Of a stretch of DNA of 64,000 nucleotides, positions 29,307 through 39,638 are shown one piece after another (the stretch's first letter is position 1; every line of letters begins with the position of its first letter). The stretch lies in sequence record SRR31156797_707; one strand, written 5' to 3'. The position numbers and the translations under genes are program-made. Below the pieces are notes generated by a model. It was given only the letters and a program-made list of their open reading frames with translations. It had not been told where the DNA came from and did no database searches.

Positions 29307-30005
29307 TTAAGCTCCTGTAAAAAATAAGAAAAATCCGGTTATAAACAACATCCCTACAAGCCCGAAAACTATATCAAGTCTCTTTGCCACTGCAAGCCCT
29401 AACAACAGATAAACCGTCAGGACTCCCAACACCACGGGGTTGAAATCTACACCTTCTTTTACTAAAAATGAAAGAAAAACGCCCAGCATAAATGTAGAAA
29501 TTGTATCCATATATGTGGACCATCTATTAAAATTAATCCGGTTAAAAAACAGTATGACATCACGCCCAAGCTTATAGCCTACAAAGTATCCGCCAAATCT
29601 GAATGTGAGCGCAAACAGGTTATAGAGCGAGAGGTAAGCGATAAGACCGTAAACCGGATCGTAGTAACCGACCATAGCTGCGATTATAAAACAGAACGGG
29701 CGAAGTGCGTGCCCGAAAAAACTGTCGCCGAGAGCACCAAAAGCAGATGCATAGACCTTTTTATAAAAGTCCGGCTGACCACCCTTCTGAAATTCTTTCA
29801 CCCACATTCCGAGGATAAAATTAGCCAGATATGGGTGCGTATGAAAATATTGTGTCTCTTCGAGCTTTGTCTCTTCGTCAAGCTCCATCTTTTCAGCTTT
29901 TGCCGCCTGGTCCACCATGAAAGAGAAACCGGTTCCCTGCATGTTTTCATGGTTCAGGTTAGACTGATAAATAAGACTTTTTAAGCCTATGAGCAGGTTT
30001 TTCAT
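29307..30005 (-). CDS. PTS mannose/fructose/sorbose family IID component (divergent)
   Basis: QSNLNHENMQGTGF, FHTHPY and GALGDSFF resemble ManZ motifs; multiple transmembrane segments. Confidence 0.85.
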   Translation of the reverse strand: MKNLLIGLKSLIYQSNLNHENMQGTGFSFMVDQAAKAEKMELDEETKLEETQYFHTHPYLANFILGMWVKEFQKGGQPDFYKKVYASAFGALGDSFFGHALRPFCFIIAAMVGYYDPVYGLIAYLSLYNLFALTFRFGGYFVGYKLGRDVILFFNRINFNRWSTYMDTISTFMLGVFLSFLVKEGVDFNPVVLGVLTVYLLLGLAVAKRLDIVFGLVGMLFITGFFLFFTGA

Positions 30006-30652
30006 AATATCACCCACCCGACAGCCAGACCAGCAGCGAAGACAACATACTTAAATATTGAGCGAACTGTAAGGAACCTAAGCAGGTATCCAGACAGAAA
30101 CGTAAAAATCATCAGGGCAAACAGGAATAAGTTAACCCTGCTCTCAAGGTGTCCGTGGATGTGGTTATATATAAGAAAGATAAGGAAAGTTCCCAATCCA
30201 TACACAACTACTCCCCGAACAAAAGCCACCAGTATTCCAAAAAATAACAGCTGACCAGCTTTAACCTTCCCCCTCTTCTGTTGACGGAGGAAAAGATTTT
30301 TATTAATACTGCGCCCAAGGTTGCAGGTGATAGTAACAGGGTACATAAAGAGTATAGTAAGGAGAAAGCCCAAAACAAACTCGTCAGAGTGATGTATAGG
30401 GAGAATAGCAAAGAGAGTACAGGCGGCAAAAGCCCCGAAAGAGTCCTCTTTAGGGATTCTAGTACCTACAGGGACGTCTATGAGACCTATCGCCTCGAAA
30501 ACTATACCTATAAAAAAACATTCAACTTGATTACCGAAAATAAGACCGAGGACAAAAGAGACCACAATAGGACGGGACAGCATCAGGTTAAATGCTGCAA
30601 ATCTATCAACAGAAATTATACCAGCGTACAAAGCAGCCAGAATGAAATTCAA
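30002..30652 (-). CDS. PTS mannose family IIC component (short, divergent)
   Basis: LSRPIVVSFVLGLIFG...FE...PVG..IP resembles the ManY N-terminus. Confidence 0.8.
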   Translation of the reverse strand: MNFILAALYAGIISVDRFAAFNLMLSRPIVVSFVLGLIFGNQVECFFIGIVFEAIGLIDVPVGTRIPKEDSFGAFAACTLFAILPIHHSDEFVLGFLLTILFMYPVTITCNLGRSINKNLFLRQQKRGKVKAGQLLFFGILVAFVRGVVVYGLGTFLIFLIYNHIHGHLESRVNLFLFALMIFTFLSGYLLRFLTVRSIFKYVVFAAGLAVGWVIL

Positions 30653-31143
30653 AGATTACCCTCCAAAAGGTTGGCAAAATTACGTATCTCCACACTTGTT
30701 TCCCAGGGAACTTTATGGATGAAAACGTCGTATTCTTCTCTCAGATCACAAACTTTCTTAATCTCAGCCTGATCAAGAAATACTGTATTAGAAACTTCTA
30801 TCTTATGCTCACGGCAAGCGACACAGCCAATATTAAGGTATACCTGTTCGCTGATAAGATCCTTTATCGTGTATAGGTCGTCAACAGATTCCACGAGCAC
30901 AAGAACGTAATCTTTTTTATAACGGTCAGCGCTATAGAGCGACTTGAATTCATCAAGTGTGCATATTGTAAGCTCTGTCCCAGGCGGCAGCGAGCTTGTA
31001 TATATCATTTTCTGAAGTGGATCACCCGAAACTCTGTCATTAACGAGAACCACATGGTTGATTTTATAATATTTGACCCAGCCCTCAATGACCTGTCCGT
31101 GTATCAATCTGTCATCCACACGAAATATTATCTTCTTCATCAC
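30649..31143 (-). CDS. PTS mannose/sorbose family IIB component
   Basis: RVDDRLIHGQV phospho-His motif. Confidence 0.92.
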   Translation of the reverse strand: MMKKIIFRVDDRLIHGQVIEGWVKYYKINHVVLVNDRVSGDPLQKMIYTSSLPPGTELTICTLDEFKSLYSADRYKKDYVLVLVESVDDLYTIKDLISEQVYLNIGCVACREHKIEVSNTVFLDQAEIKKVCDLREEYDVFIHKVPWETSVEIRNFANLLEGNL

Positions 31144-31541
31144 TTTCCTTGCAGAAGCTGTCCTGCTACAACAATGCTAGTCTTGCCGGAATCCGCGCAA
31201 TCTTCACAAATAGCTGATAATGATTTATTTTCCTTTCTTACACTTATAGCTTTAATTAGCATCGGGAGGTTTACTCCTGAGACTACCTCGACATTTTTAG
31301 TACCAAGATAAGCCATTGATATGTTAGAAGGACTTCCTCCGAACATATCTGTAAAAACTATAGCTCCGGTATTTGCATATCGCTCAATGGACGCTTCAAT
31401 CTCATCTGCTATAGATGTTAGTGAAGAGCCCTCCTGCATAGAAACAGTCTCTATGCTGTCCTGTTTTCCCACTATCATCTCAGCAGTTTTTAAAAGCTCT
31501 GAGCCGAATGAACCGTGTGTAACCAATATAATTCCGATCAT
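31140..31541 (-). CDS. PTS mannose family IIA component
   Basis: LVTHG, TDMFGGSPSN and GVNLPML motifs. Confidence 0.95.
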   Translation of the reverse strand: MIGIILVTHGSFGSELLKTAEMIVGKQDSIETVSMQEGSSLTSIADEIEASIERYANTGAIVFTDMFGGSPSNISMAYLGTKNVEVVSGVNLPMLIKAISVRKENKSLSAICEDCADSGKTSIVVAGQLLQGK

Positions 31542-31545
31542 CTGA

Positions 31546-32403
31546 TCACCTGTCTATATCTCTGTGTCTAATATTTACTTTATGAGTTGTCTTCTTCTCA
31601 AGGTAGCTGGCAATGAACTCAACATTTGCAACTGACCTGTGTCTGCCTCCGGTGCAACCTATTGAGACAGTGAGGAATTTTTTACCTTCCCGTATGTAGT
31701 TCGGGATAAGAAACCCCAGCATCTCCTTTAGTTGCTTGAGAAACTTCTTAGCTGAACTGTCATCAAAAACATAGTCTCTGACAGCTTCGTTCTTACCTGT
31801 TTGCTCTCTAAGCCCTTCTATAAAATAAGGATTTCTAAGGAATCTTACATCAAAAACAAGGTCAGAATCAACAGGTAAGCCGTATTTAAAACCGAAAGAT
31901 TGGATAGTGATGACCATTCCGTTATCATTTCCGGTTGAAAAGTTCTCTTCGAGTGTGCTTTTCAGCTGATGAACATTAAGCTGAGAAGTGTCTATGGAAA
32001 GGTCTGCAGCCTCACGTATAGGCTGAAGCATCTCTCTTTCGTAGGCGATAGCTTCAACAAGGTTGTCACCCATAGGGTGCTTGCGTCTTGTCTCTTTATA
32101 GCGTTTAAGCAGAACATCGTCATTTGCATAAATATAAACGATCTTCGCATCATATTTTTCTTTAAGTAGTTTTATCTTTTCATGAACCTTATCAATATCT
32201 TTGCTTCTGGCATCCATGACAAGGGCGACCTTATTGAGGTCATTTTCAAAATTAAAAACAAGCTCAACTAGCTTATCAAAAAGTATTAGAGGTAAGTTAT
32301 CTATTGTGTAATAGCCCAAATCTTCTATTGTTGACGCTGCTACAGACTTCCCACCGCCGGAAAGCCCAGTAAGCACAACAAGTGACTTGTCAAATCCGAT
32401 CAT
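31546..32403 (-). CDS. rapZ: RapZ/YvcJ family P-loop protein
   Basis: GLSGGGKS, ETRRKHP, SFGFKYG, DVRFLRNPY and GCTGGRHRSV motifs. Confidence 0.95.
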   Translation of the reverse strand: MIGFDKSLVVLTGLSGGGKSVAASTIEDLGYYTIDNLPLILFDKLVELVFNFENDLNKVALVMDARSKDIDKVHEKIKLLKEKYDAKIVYIYANDDVLLKRYKETRRKHPMGDNLVEAIAYEREMLQPIREAADLSIDTSQLNVHQLKSTLEENFSTGNDNGMVITIQSFGFKYGLPVDSDLVFDVRFLRNPYFIEGLREQTGKNEAVRDYVFDDSSAKKFLKQLKEMLGFLIPNYIREGKKFLTVSIGCTGGRHRSVANVEFIASYLEKKTTHKVNIRHRDIDR

Positions 32404-32405
32404 GA

Positions 32406-33398
32406 CTACTCCACGCTTTTTCTTCTGATTAAGTTTTCATCGTCGAGAGTTTTACCCCTCTCCGCACCTGGATTAACCGTTTTAAATAATTTATCTGAGA
32501 ACTCTTTAGCAGAATCATATCCCATTATCTTAAGCAGGTGGTTCCTAGCCGCTACCTCAACGATAACCGCCATGTTGCGCCCTGCGCTGATAGGAAGAAG
32601 TATTTTAGGTACTTCAAGCTTAAGAATCTCTTCCGTATTATTCTCGAGACCTAGTCTATCATATGACGCATCATGATTCCAGTCGGTAAACTCTACAACA
32701 AGCTCAAGTTTCTTACGCTGTCGAATAGCTGTAACACCGAACATATCTTTGATATTAAGGATACCAAGCCCACGCACTTCCATATGATAACGAAGAAGTG
32801 TTGAACTCTGCCCCTCAAGATACCCCTGAATTTTTCTGAAATGTACCGCATCATCGGCTACGAGTCTGTGCCCACGCTTGATAAGTTCAATAGCGCACTC
32901 ACTCTTGCCTATCCCGCTTCTTCCAGTTATAAGCACACCAACGCCGAAAATGTCCATAAAGACACCGTGGCAATTGGTCTCAGGTGAAAGTTTCTCTTCG
33001 AGGTAAAGCATAGTGCTCTGAATAGCCTCAGAACTTGGAAGGTGTGTTTTCAGAAGTGGAACACCGGCATTTTTACATGCAGTGAGAAGTTCCTGCGGAA
33101 GATGCAGGTTTTTTGTGACGACAAAACAGCACAAGTCCTGTGCGCAAAGGTGAGTTATAGATCTATATCTATCCTCAGCCTTAAGTGTCCAAAGGTAGGA
33201 TACTTCTGTATTACCAAGGACCTGTACTCGTCCGCCATGTATATGATCAGCAAAACCCGCAAGGGCAAGACCCGGTTTCTGAATCCGGTGGTTAGTAATA
33301 TACCTGTCTTTCAGATGTTGTTTACCATAGACGAGCTTAAGCTGTAGATGCTTAGCCTCTTCACCAAGTAAGTCTGCGACAGGTACAACTTTTTCCAT
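32406..33398 (-). CDS. hprK: HPr(Ser) kinase/phosphorylase
   Basis: PGLALAG, GRSGIGKSE, LVADD, EVRGLG and GRN motifs. Confidence 0.96.
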   Translation of the reverse strand: MEKVVPVADLLGEEAKHLQLKLVYGKQHLKDRYITNHRIQKPGLALAGFADHIHGGRVQVLGNTEVSYLWTLKAEDRYRSITHLCAQDLCCFVVTKNLHLPQELLTACKNAGVPLLKTHLPSSEAIQSTMLYLEEKLSPETNCHGVFMDIFGVGVLITGRSGIGKSECAIELIKRGHRLVADDAVHFRKIQGYLEGQSSTLLRYHMEVRGLGILNIKDMFGVTAIRQRKKLELVVEFTDWNHDASYDRLGLENNTEEILKLEVPKILLPISAGRNMAVIVEVAARNHLLKIMGYDSAKEFSDKLFKTVNPGAERGKTLDDENLIRRKSVE

Positions 33399-33859
33399 CA
33401 GAGTCGAGCTTCCTCTTCTTTAAGAATTTCACTTATCTGTGCTGGTGTAAGTTCACCTGCGAGAACTTTGCTTTTGAAATCAGTGAGCTTAACGAGCCTG
33501 CTGATTCTGGCAAGTGTCTTAAGGTGAAGGTTCATCTGCTTTTCAGGTGCGAGAAGCAGAAAAAACAACTTTACAGGTTCGCCGTCAGATGAGCCGAACT
33601 CAACACCAGCAGAGCTAACACCCACGACAATAGTCATATCATTAAGCTCTTTAAGCTTAGCGTGAGGGATAGCTACCTGCTCGCCGACACCTGTACTTCC
33701 GAGAGCCTCTCTCTCCGCCAGTGCAGAGAGAGCGACTTCCGGTTTATCTAATTTACCATTATTTACCAATGAATCCGTGAGCTCCTTAAGTACAGCAGAT
33801 TTTTCGTCCGCCTCAAGGTAGATCACACTTTTTTCATCGATGTATTCGGTCAGTCCCAT
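33398..33859 (-). CDS. ptsN: PTS IIA(Ntr)-like protein
   Basis: REALGSTGVG..VAIPHAK and HLKTLARISR motifs; rpoN-hpf-ptsN context. Confidence 0.9.
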   Translation of the reverse strand: MGLTEYIDEKSVIYLEADEKSAVLKELTDSLVNNGKLDKPEVALSALAEREALGSTGVGEQVAIPHAKLKELNDMTIVVGVSSAGVEFGSSDGEPVKLFFLLLAPEKQMNLHLKTLARISRLVKLTDFKSKVLAGELTPAQISEILKEEEARL

Positions 33860-33872
33860 TTAACTATAGCCT

Positions 33873-34412
33873 CTATGACTCAATGAGACCGATGTTTCCA
33901 TCGTCACGCTGATATACAACTGCTACTTCGTTAGATTCAGAATTTCTGAAAACGAAGAATGATTTGTTAAGAAGGTCCATCTGCATAACGGCCTCTTCCG
34001 GGTCCATTGGCTTAACAGGGATATCCTTTGTAATGATAACCCTTGACTCTGTATCCATATCCTCTACAGACTGGGAATCAAGTACGTTAAGCTTAAGTGG
34101 AGCCTGATAATCCTTATCGTGGAGCTTTTTATCTTTGAGCTTCTCTTTGTATTTAACAAGCTGCTTCTCAATCTTGTCTGTTGCAAGGTCGATGGAAGCG
34201 TAAAGGTCCTCTGATTTCTCAAGACCTTTCATAAATACGCCTTTAGCTGAAAGAAGAACTTCAACAATATGAACGTTTTTCTGTACTTCGAGAAGTACAC
34301 TCGCCTCTGTTATATGGTCAAAATATTTCTCAAGCTTAGAAACCTTCTTCTCTGCGTAATCTCTGATGGCATCTGTTAAGTCGATGTTTCTTGCAGTAAT
34401 TTGAATGTTCAT
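33873..34412 (-). CDS. hpf: Ribosome hibernation promoting factor, long form
   Basis: DLYASID...KQL N-terminal domain plus KPMDPEEAVMQM...VYQRDDG C-terminal domain. Confidence 0.95.
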   Translation of the reverse strand: MNIQITARNIDLTDAIRDYAEKKVSKLEKYFDHITEASVLLEVQKNVHIVEVLLSAKGVFMKGLEKSEDLYASIDLATDKIEKQLVKYKEKLKDKKLHDKDYQAPLKLNVLDSQSVEDMDTESRVIITKDIPVKPMDPEEAVMQMDLLNKSFFVFRNSESNEVAVVYQRDDGNIGLIES

Positions 34413-34414
34413 GC

Positions 34415-35848
34415 CTACCTCCTGCTGCGTTTCCGCTGTGATTTCGTTGGGATATTAAGCTCATCCCTATATTTGGCAACGGTTCTACGGGCAATTTTAA
34501 TACCCTTACCGTTCAAAAGTTCAACTATTTTCTGATCGCTGTACGGTTTTTCTAAATCTTCTGATTCCACTATTGACTTGATCATGCTCTTAACCTTCTG
34601 AGTAGACATATCCCCCGAATCAGTGTCTAAACCTTTCACAAAGAAAGATTTCAGCTCAAAAAGCCCCTGTTCTGTCATTGCATATTTCCCCGCAGTCACC
34701 CTACTGACGGTGGATTCATGCAATTCTGTAACTTCTGCAACATCTTTAAGTTTTAGTGGTTTCAGGTAATCAACCCCTCTCTCAAGAAAGTCAGCCTGAA
34801 CCTCTGTAAGTACCTTTACTACTTTATATATTGCTTTCTGACGTTTGTTAAGACTTTTAATGAGCCAGATAGCATTTTTAACCTTTTCTTCAATATATTC
34901 TTTGGTTCCGCCGTCTAATTCCTTATTTTTCAGCAGGCTGAGGTAGTAGCTGTTCATCCTGAGGCTAGGCATCCCGTCCTCATTAAGGATAATGTCATAC
35001 TCCCCGTCCTTCTTTACTATATAAACATCGGGTGTTACGGCGTGATTAGAGTCTTTTGAAAAACTGTGCCCGGGTTTAGGGTCAGTTTTGCGGATAAGAA
35101 ATAGCATGTATTCGAATGTATCATCCTCTATCTCGAGGCTTGTTTTGATTTCGTCATATCTGAATGCAATTAGGTCTTTCTCGTGATTTTCGAGTAATTC
35201 TGCGATGAAATCGACGTAAACCTGCTCAACCTCAAACTGCTCAAGCTGAATGGCGATGCATTCACGGAGTGATCTTGCGGCGATACCTGCCGGTTCGAAA
35301 GTTTGTATTATCTCAAGAGCATCTTCTACAGTATCTGTATCAACTCCTGTCGCTTCTGCAACCTCTTCGAAGGGCATATCGAAATAACCCTCTTCTGTGA
35401 GACTACCTATTATGTATTCACCTGCTCTCAGTATCTCCTGATCACAGCCTGTCACCTTTAGCTGATTTAAAAGGTGGTCAAACAGGTTTTCTGTGCCGCT
35501 GACAAACTTTTCAAGGTCGTAGCCCTCATCATCGCTAGGAGTGTAAGAAACCTCACCTGAATCCCTGTAAAGCTCGTCCCAGTCTATCTTTTCGAGGTCT
35601 TCGTTGGCGACATCCTCTTTGGCGTCCTTCCCTTCGTCAACCTCCTCTTTCTTCTTCTCTTTCTCCTCTTCCGGATCCTGCTCCTGCTCTTCGAGCACGG
35701 GGTTTTCTGTCATAACAGTGTTGAGCTCCTGTAAAAGCTCTGTTAGCGGCATCTGTAGAATGGAAAGAGACTGCTTCATCTGAGGAGTGATGTGCAGTTT
35801 CTGAGACAGCTTCCCACTTATTTCAAGATTTAGTCTGCCGCTTTTCAC
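34415..35848 (-). CDS. rpoN: RNA polymerase sigma-54 factor
   Basis: Region I (QSLSILQM), HESTVSR and the RpoN box ARRTVAKYR. Confidence 0.98.
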   Translation of the reverse strand: MKSGRLNLEISGKLSQKLHITPQMKQSLSILQMPLTELLQELNTVMTENPVLEEQEQDPEEEKEKKKEEVDEGKDAKEDVANEDLEKIDWDELYRDSGEVSYTPSDDEGYDLEKFVSGTENLFDHLLNQLKVTGCDQEILRAGEYIIGSLTEEGYFDMPFEEVAEATGVDTDTVEDALEIIQTFEPAGIAARSLRECIAIQLEQFEVEQVYVDFIAELLENHEKDLIAFRYDEIKTSLEIEDDTFEYMLFLIRKTDPKPGHSFSKDSNHAVTPDVYIVKKDGEYDIILNEDGMPSLRMNSYYLSLLKNKELDGGTKEYIEEKVKNAIWLIKSLNKRQKAIYKVVKVLTEVQADFLERGVDYLKPLKLKDVAEVTELHESTVSRVTAGKYAMTEQGLFELKSFFVKGLDTDSGDMSTQKVKSMIKSIVESEDLEKPYSDQKIVELLNGKGIKIARRTVAKYRDELNIPTKSQRKRSRR

Positions 35849-36564
35849 AGTGTAAAGTCCTTACCAAGATACCTTTCGATAACATCCTGATTCTGCACTA
35901 TCTCTGAAGGCAAACCCTCAGTAAGCACATTGCCGTCTGCTATGATATAGGCACGATCGGTTATTTTTAATGTCTCACGGACATTGTGGTCTGTTATTAG
36001 TATACCAACTCCCATCTCTTTTAGCGAAAATATCATATTCTGAATGTCAGAAACCGAGATAGGGTCGATACCTGAAAAAGGTTCATCGAGGAGAATAACT
36101 TCCGGCTCACCAGCCATACAGCGTGCAATCTCGACTCTGCGGCGCTCACCGCCTGAAAGTGCATAGCCTTGTGATTTCACTACAGTCTGTAGATTAAAGC
36201 TTTCAATGAGGGATTCTGTACGTTCCTTAATGAGGCTTTTATCTTTATACTTGAGCTCGAGAGCAGCGTAGATGTTATCGTATACAGACATTTTTCGAAA
36301 AACGGAAGGTTCCTGCGGAAGATAGCCGATACCGCCGAGAGAACGTTTGTGCATAGAGGCTGTTGTAATGTCCTCACCATTGAGGAACACGTTCCCGCCG
36401 TCCGGTCGTACAAGCCCGACTATCATATAGAAAGTTGTTGTTTTTCCGGCACCGTTAGGTCCCAGAAGTCCTACTATTTCGCCCTTTTCAACTCCAATAG
36501 ATACGCTTTCTACTACAGTACGTTTTTTATATATTTTAACAAGCTTTTCCGCTTTTAATGCCAA
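35845..36564 (-). CDS. lptB: LPS export ABC transporter ATP-binding protein
   Basis: GPNGAGKTT, YLPQE, LSGGERRR and ITDHNVRETL motifs; TTG start at 36564. Confidence 0.96.
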   Translation of the reverse strand: MALKAEKLVKIYKKRTVVESVSIGVEKGEIVGLLGPNGAGKTTTFYMIVGLVRPDGGNVFLNGEDITTASMHKRSLGGIGYLPQEPSVFRKMSVYDNIYAALELKYKDKSLIKERTESLIESFNLQTVVKSQGYALSGGERRRVEIARCMAGEPEVILLDEPFSGIDPISVSDIQNMIFSLKEMGVGILITDHNVRETLKITDRAYIIADGNVLTEGLPSEIVQNQDVIERYLGKDFTL

Positions 36565-36565
36565 T

Positions 36566-37048
36566 TTACTTAGCCTCTTCCTTAGGAGTAATAATAATCT
36601 TAACCCTTTCGTTCTCATCATCGCCCTTATCAACAAAGAGCTTATCTGAATCTAAAAAGACAGTTACTTTTTCGCCTTCGAGATAGTTATCACCCTGCCA
36701 GACTCTGGCCTTCTCAGTGAGGACAGCTTTCTGCTCATCCTGAAAGACCCTCGCTTCGCCTGAAAGAGCCAAAAGACCCTCTTTCTCTATTCTAACATTA
36801 CCTTTGCTGAAAATCTCTTTAACTTCTTTATCTTTATTGAAAAATACTTCCATAGTTTCAGAAGTTATCTTCATCTCACCCTTTATAACAACAACATTTC
36901 CGGTGAATCTGGACATCTGCTTTTCACCGAAATATTTCATATTATCCGCTTCTATCTGAATAGGCTGTTGTTGATCTGCTGCGTATGCTGTAACAGCAAA
37001 TACCATCATAAGCCCCAGCAGGCTAGTTTTTAAAATTGACTTTAACAT
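36566..37048 (-). CDS. lptA: LPS transport periplasmic protein LptA
   Basis: Signal peptide, PIQIEAD...FTGNVVV jellyroll motifs; lpt context. Confidence 0.9.
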   Translation of the reverse strand: MLKSILKTSLLGLMMVFAVTAYAADQQQPIQIEADNMKYFGEKQMSRFTGNVVVIKGEMKITSETMEVFFNKDKEVKEIFSKGNVRIEKEGLLALSGEARVFQDEQKAVLTEKARVWQGDNYLEGEKVTVFLDSDKLFVDKGDDENERVKIIITPKEEAK

Positions 37049-37559
37049 TTCCTACAAACTCCAAAATGTTTTCATTGTGGTTTATCAAAGCTTTATCAGC
37101 CTGAATAGTACCTTCTTCGCCTCTGACGTAAACATCACCGTTCATCTCACCGCTTTTCGTATCGAAATCGTAATGAAACGTCCCCTCTTCACCTGTTTTA
37201 AAGATGAAGTTGTTTACTCTGCCCCTTATCTCACCGCTGGCGTCCATCTTTACCTCTTGAAGGAGATATCCTTGGTCTGCACTAGCGTTAAGGGATGTTT
37301 CCCCCTTCTGGTATACAAGGGTGAATTTGTTAAGTTTCGCCGCTTTTGTCTCTTTGTCAATGACAGCAGACTCGGCGTTTAGTTTATAGTAATTATTTTC
37401 TGTATCTATAACTTTGGCAAGCTCGAAATTATCTATAATAATCTCGTTCTTCTTTATACTGATTTTGTTTGTAGTTTTCTCACCGCTAAGCATTACATAT
37501 AATGCTGATAATAAAAGAATAGCGACTACGAAAAGAATTTGCTTTTTATATCTTCCCAT
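37023..37559 (-). CDS. lptC: LPS export periplasmic protein LptC
   Basis: N-terminal transmembrane anchor plus beta-jellyroll-like sequence; between kdsC and lptA. Confidence 0.75.
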   Translation of the reverse strand: MGRYKKQILFVVAILLLSALYVMLSGEKTTNKISIKKNEIIIDNFELAKVIDTENNYYKLNAESAVIDKETKAAKLNKFTLVYQKGETSLNASADQGYLLQEVKMDASGEIRGRVNNFIFKTGEEGTFHYDFDTKSGEMNGDVYVRGEEGTIQADKALINHNENILEFVGNVKVNFKN

Positions 37560-38023
37560 TGACCATTTTTTTCCAGTATAACTTCGATAAACTCCCTTAC
37601 AGCGCCACGACCGCCATCCCTGACAGTAACATAGTCCACAGCTTCTTTGATATAATCAAAACCGTCAGCCACAGTAGCAGAAAGACCTACCTGCTTTAAA
37701 AGAGCCGCATCGTTAAGGTCGTCACCCATATAGGCGACATTCTCATCTGAAATACCAATCTCTCTCTTTATATCTTCATAGCAGTTAAGCTTGTCTTTGA
37801 TACCTGTGAAAACACGCCTGATACCTAGCTCTGATGCTCTGAGGTCTGTCACTATAGATTTACGGCCGGAGATTATAGCAACCTCAAGCCCTGCCTTCTG
37901 AGCTACCTTGATACCTAGCCCGTCTTTGACATCAAACCTCTTTGTCTCATGCCCGTTTTCATCGTATATGATGCCACCGTCTGTAAGTATGCCGTCAACA
38001 TCAAGTATAAGAAGTTTAATCAT
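37526..38023 (-). CDS. kdsC: KDO 8-phosphate phosphatase (HAD family)
   Basis: [20 protein letters not shown] and GGRGAVREF motifs. Confidence 0.93.
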   Translation of the reverse strand: MIKLLILDVDGILTDGGIIYDENGHETKRFDVKDGLGIKVAQKAGLEVAIISGRKSIVTDLRASELGIRRVFTGIKDKLNCYEDIKREIGISDENVAYMGDDLNDAALLKQVGLSATVADGFDYIKEAVDYVTVRDGGRGAVREFIEVILEKNGQWEDIKSKFFS

Positions 38024-39638
38024 CAGTTTCTTCTGTATTATCCTTATGGTACTGGTTTGCAGCCTCTATAAAACTCTTGAAAAGCGGATGCGGAAAGAAC
38101 GGCTTAGATTTAAACTCAGGGTGAAACTGACATCCGAGAAACCATCTGCTTGATTTCAGCTCGAACATCTCAGCAAGCCCACGCTCTTCGTTAACACCGA
38201 TGAGTGAGAGTCCGTTAGAAACCATAGCTTCTTTGAAGTCGTTATTAAACTCAAGTCTGTGCCTATGTCGCTCAGAGATATTTTTATTGCCGTAAGCTCT
38301 AAAGGCTGTACTGTCTTCGTCGAGAGTACAGGCGTATGCACCTAGGCGCATTGTACCGCCCATCTGGGTGATATTTTTCTGTTCGTTCATATAGTCGATA
38401 ACAGGATTAGACGTATTCGCATCAAACTCAACAGAGTGAGCATCCTCAAGCTTGAGAACATTTCTGGCAAATTCAACTATTATAAGCTGGAGACCGAGGC
38501 AGATCCCGAAACATGGAATGTCCTTCAGTCTGGCAAAATTAATTGCCTTAATCTTACCCTCTGTGCCTCTTTCACCAAATCCGCCAGGAATAAGGATTCC
38601 GTCTACATTTTCAAAAATAGAGTCGAGATTCTTTGTCTGCTCAACATCTTCGGCGTCTATCCTCTTAACATTAACCTTAACTTTATTAGCTATACCGCCG
38701 TGGATAAGAGCTTCGTTAATACTGATATATGCATCTTTAAGATCCACATATTTACCTACAAGACCGATAGTTACTTCGCCTTCAGGCTTTTTAATACGCT
38801 GAACAATCTCTTCCCACTTACTGATGTCTGAGACTCTTTCATCCATACCAAGCTTTTTAAGGATGAGTGCAGCGATACCCTGCTCTCTCATCATAAGTGG
38901 TACTTCATAGATTGTACTCGCATCGAGAGCGTTAATAACTGAGTTAGGAGATACGTTACAGAAGAGACCGATCTTCTTCTTCATAGCGTCATCGATAGGC
39001 AATTCTGACCTGCACACAAGTACGTCAGGCTGGATACCTATCTCTCTCAGTGTTTTCACAGAGTGCTGAGTAGGCTTAGTTTTAAGCTCGCCAGCACTTT
39101 TGATGTATGGAACAAGAGTGAGGTGCATGTAGCACACGTCATCTTCATAGTCGAATTTGAATTGTCTGATAGCTTCAAGGAAAGGGAGTGACTCGATATC
39201 GCCAACTGTTCCGCCTATCTCAACGATAACTATATCAAAGTTATCAGCTTCCTTAAGTATGTTAGTTTTGATCTCGTCAGTGATATGCGGGATAACCTGC
39301 ACAGTACCACCGAGGTAGTCTCCGTTACGCTCTTTATCAAGAACAGATTTATATATCTTACCGGCTGTGATGTTACTCACTTTTGATGTGTTAGTGCTGA
39401 GATATCTCTCGTAATGTCCGAGGTCAAGGTCGGTCTCTGCGCCGTCTTCCGTTACAAAAACCTCACCGTGCTGAAACGGGCTCATTGTACCCGGATCAAC
39501 GTTAAGGTATGGGTCATATTTCTTAATAGTTACTTTATAGCCTCTCGACTCGAGCAGTGCGCCTACGGACGCCGCTGTGATACCTTTTCCAAGCGATGAT
39601 AAAACTCCACCAGTAGTAAAAACAAACTTAGCCATCAA
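38016..39638 (-). CDS. pyrG: CTP synthase
   Basis: [37 protein letters not shown] and QFHPEF motifs. Confidence 0.99.
   Translation of the reverse strand: MMAKFVFTTGGVLSSLGKGITAASVGALLESRGYKVTIKKYDPYLNVDPGTMSPFQHGEVFVTEDGAETDLDLGHYERYLSTNTSKVSNITAGKIYKSVLDKERNGDYLGGTVQVIPHITDEIKTNILKEADNFDIVIVEIGGTVGDIESLPFLEAIRQFKFDYEDDVCYMHLTLVPYIKSAGELKTKPTQHSVKTLREIGIQPDVLVCRSELPIDDAMKKKIGLFCNVSPNSVINALDASTIYEVPLMMREQGIAALILKKLGMDERVSDISKWEEIVQRIKKPEGEVTIGLVGKYVDLKDAYISINEALIHGGIANKVKVNVKRIDAEDVEQTKNLDSIFENVDGILIPGGFGERGTEGKIKAINFARLKDIPCFGICLGLQLIIVEFARNVLKLEDAHSVEFDANTSNPVIDYMNEQKNITQMGGTMRLGAYACTLDEDSTAFRAYGNKNISERHRHRLEFNNDFKEAMVSNGLSLIGVNEERGLAEMFELKSSRWFLGCQFHPEFKSKPFFPHPLFKSFIEAANQYHKDNTEETDD

Noticed and set aside
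30281..30772. 163-aa hydrophilic plus-strand ORF
   Set aside because: Typical antisense reading of the hydrophobic IIC gene
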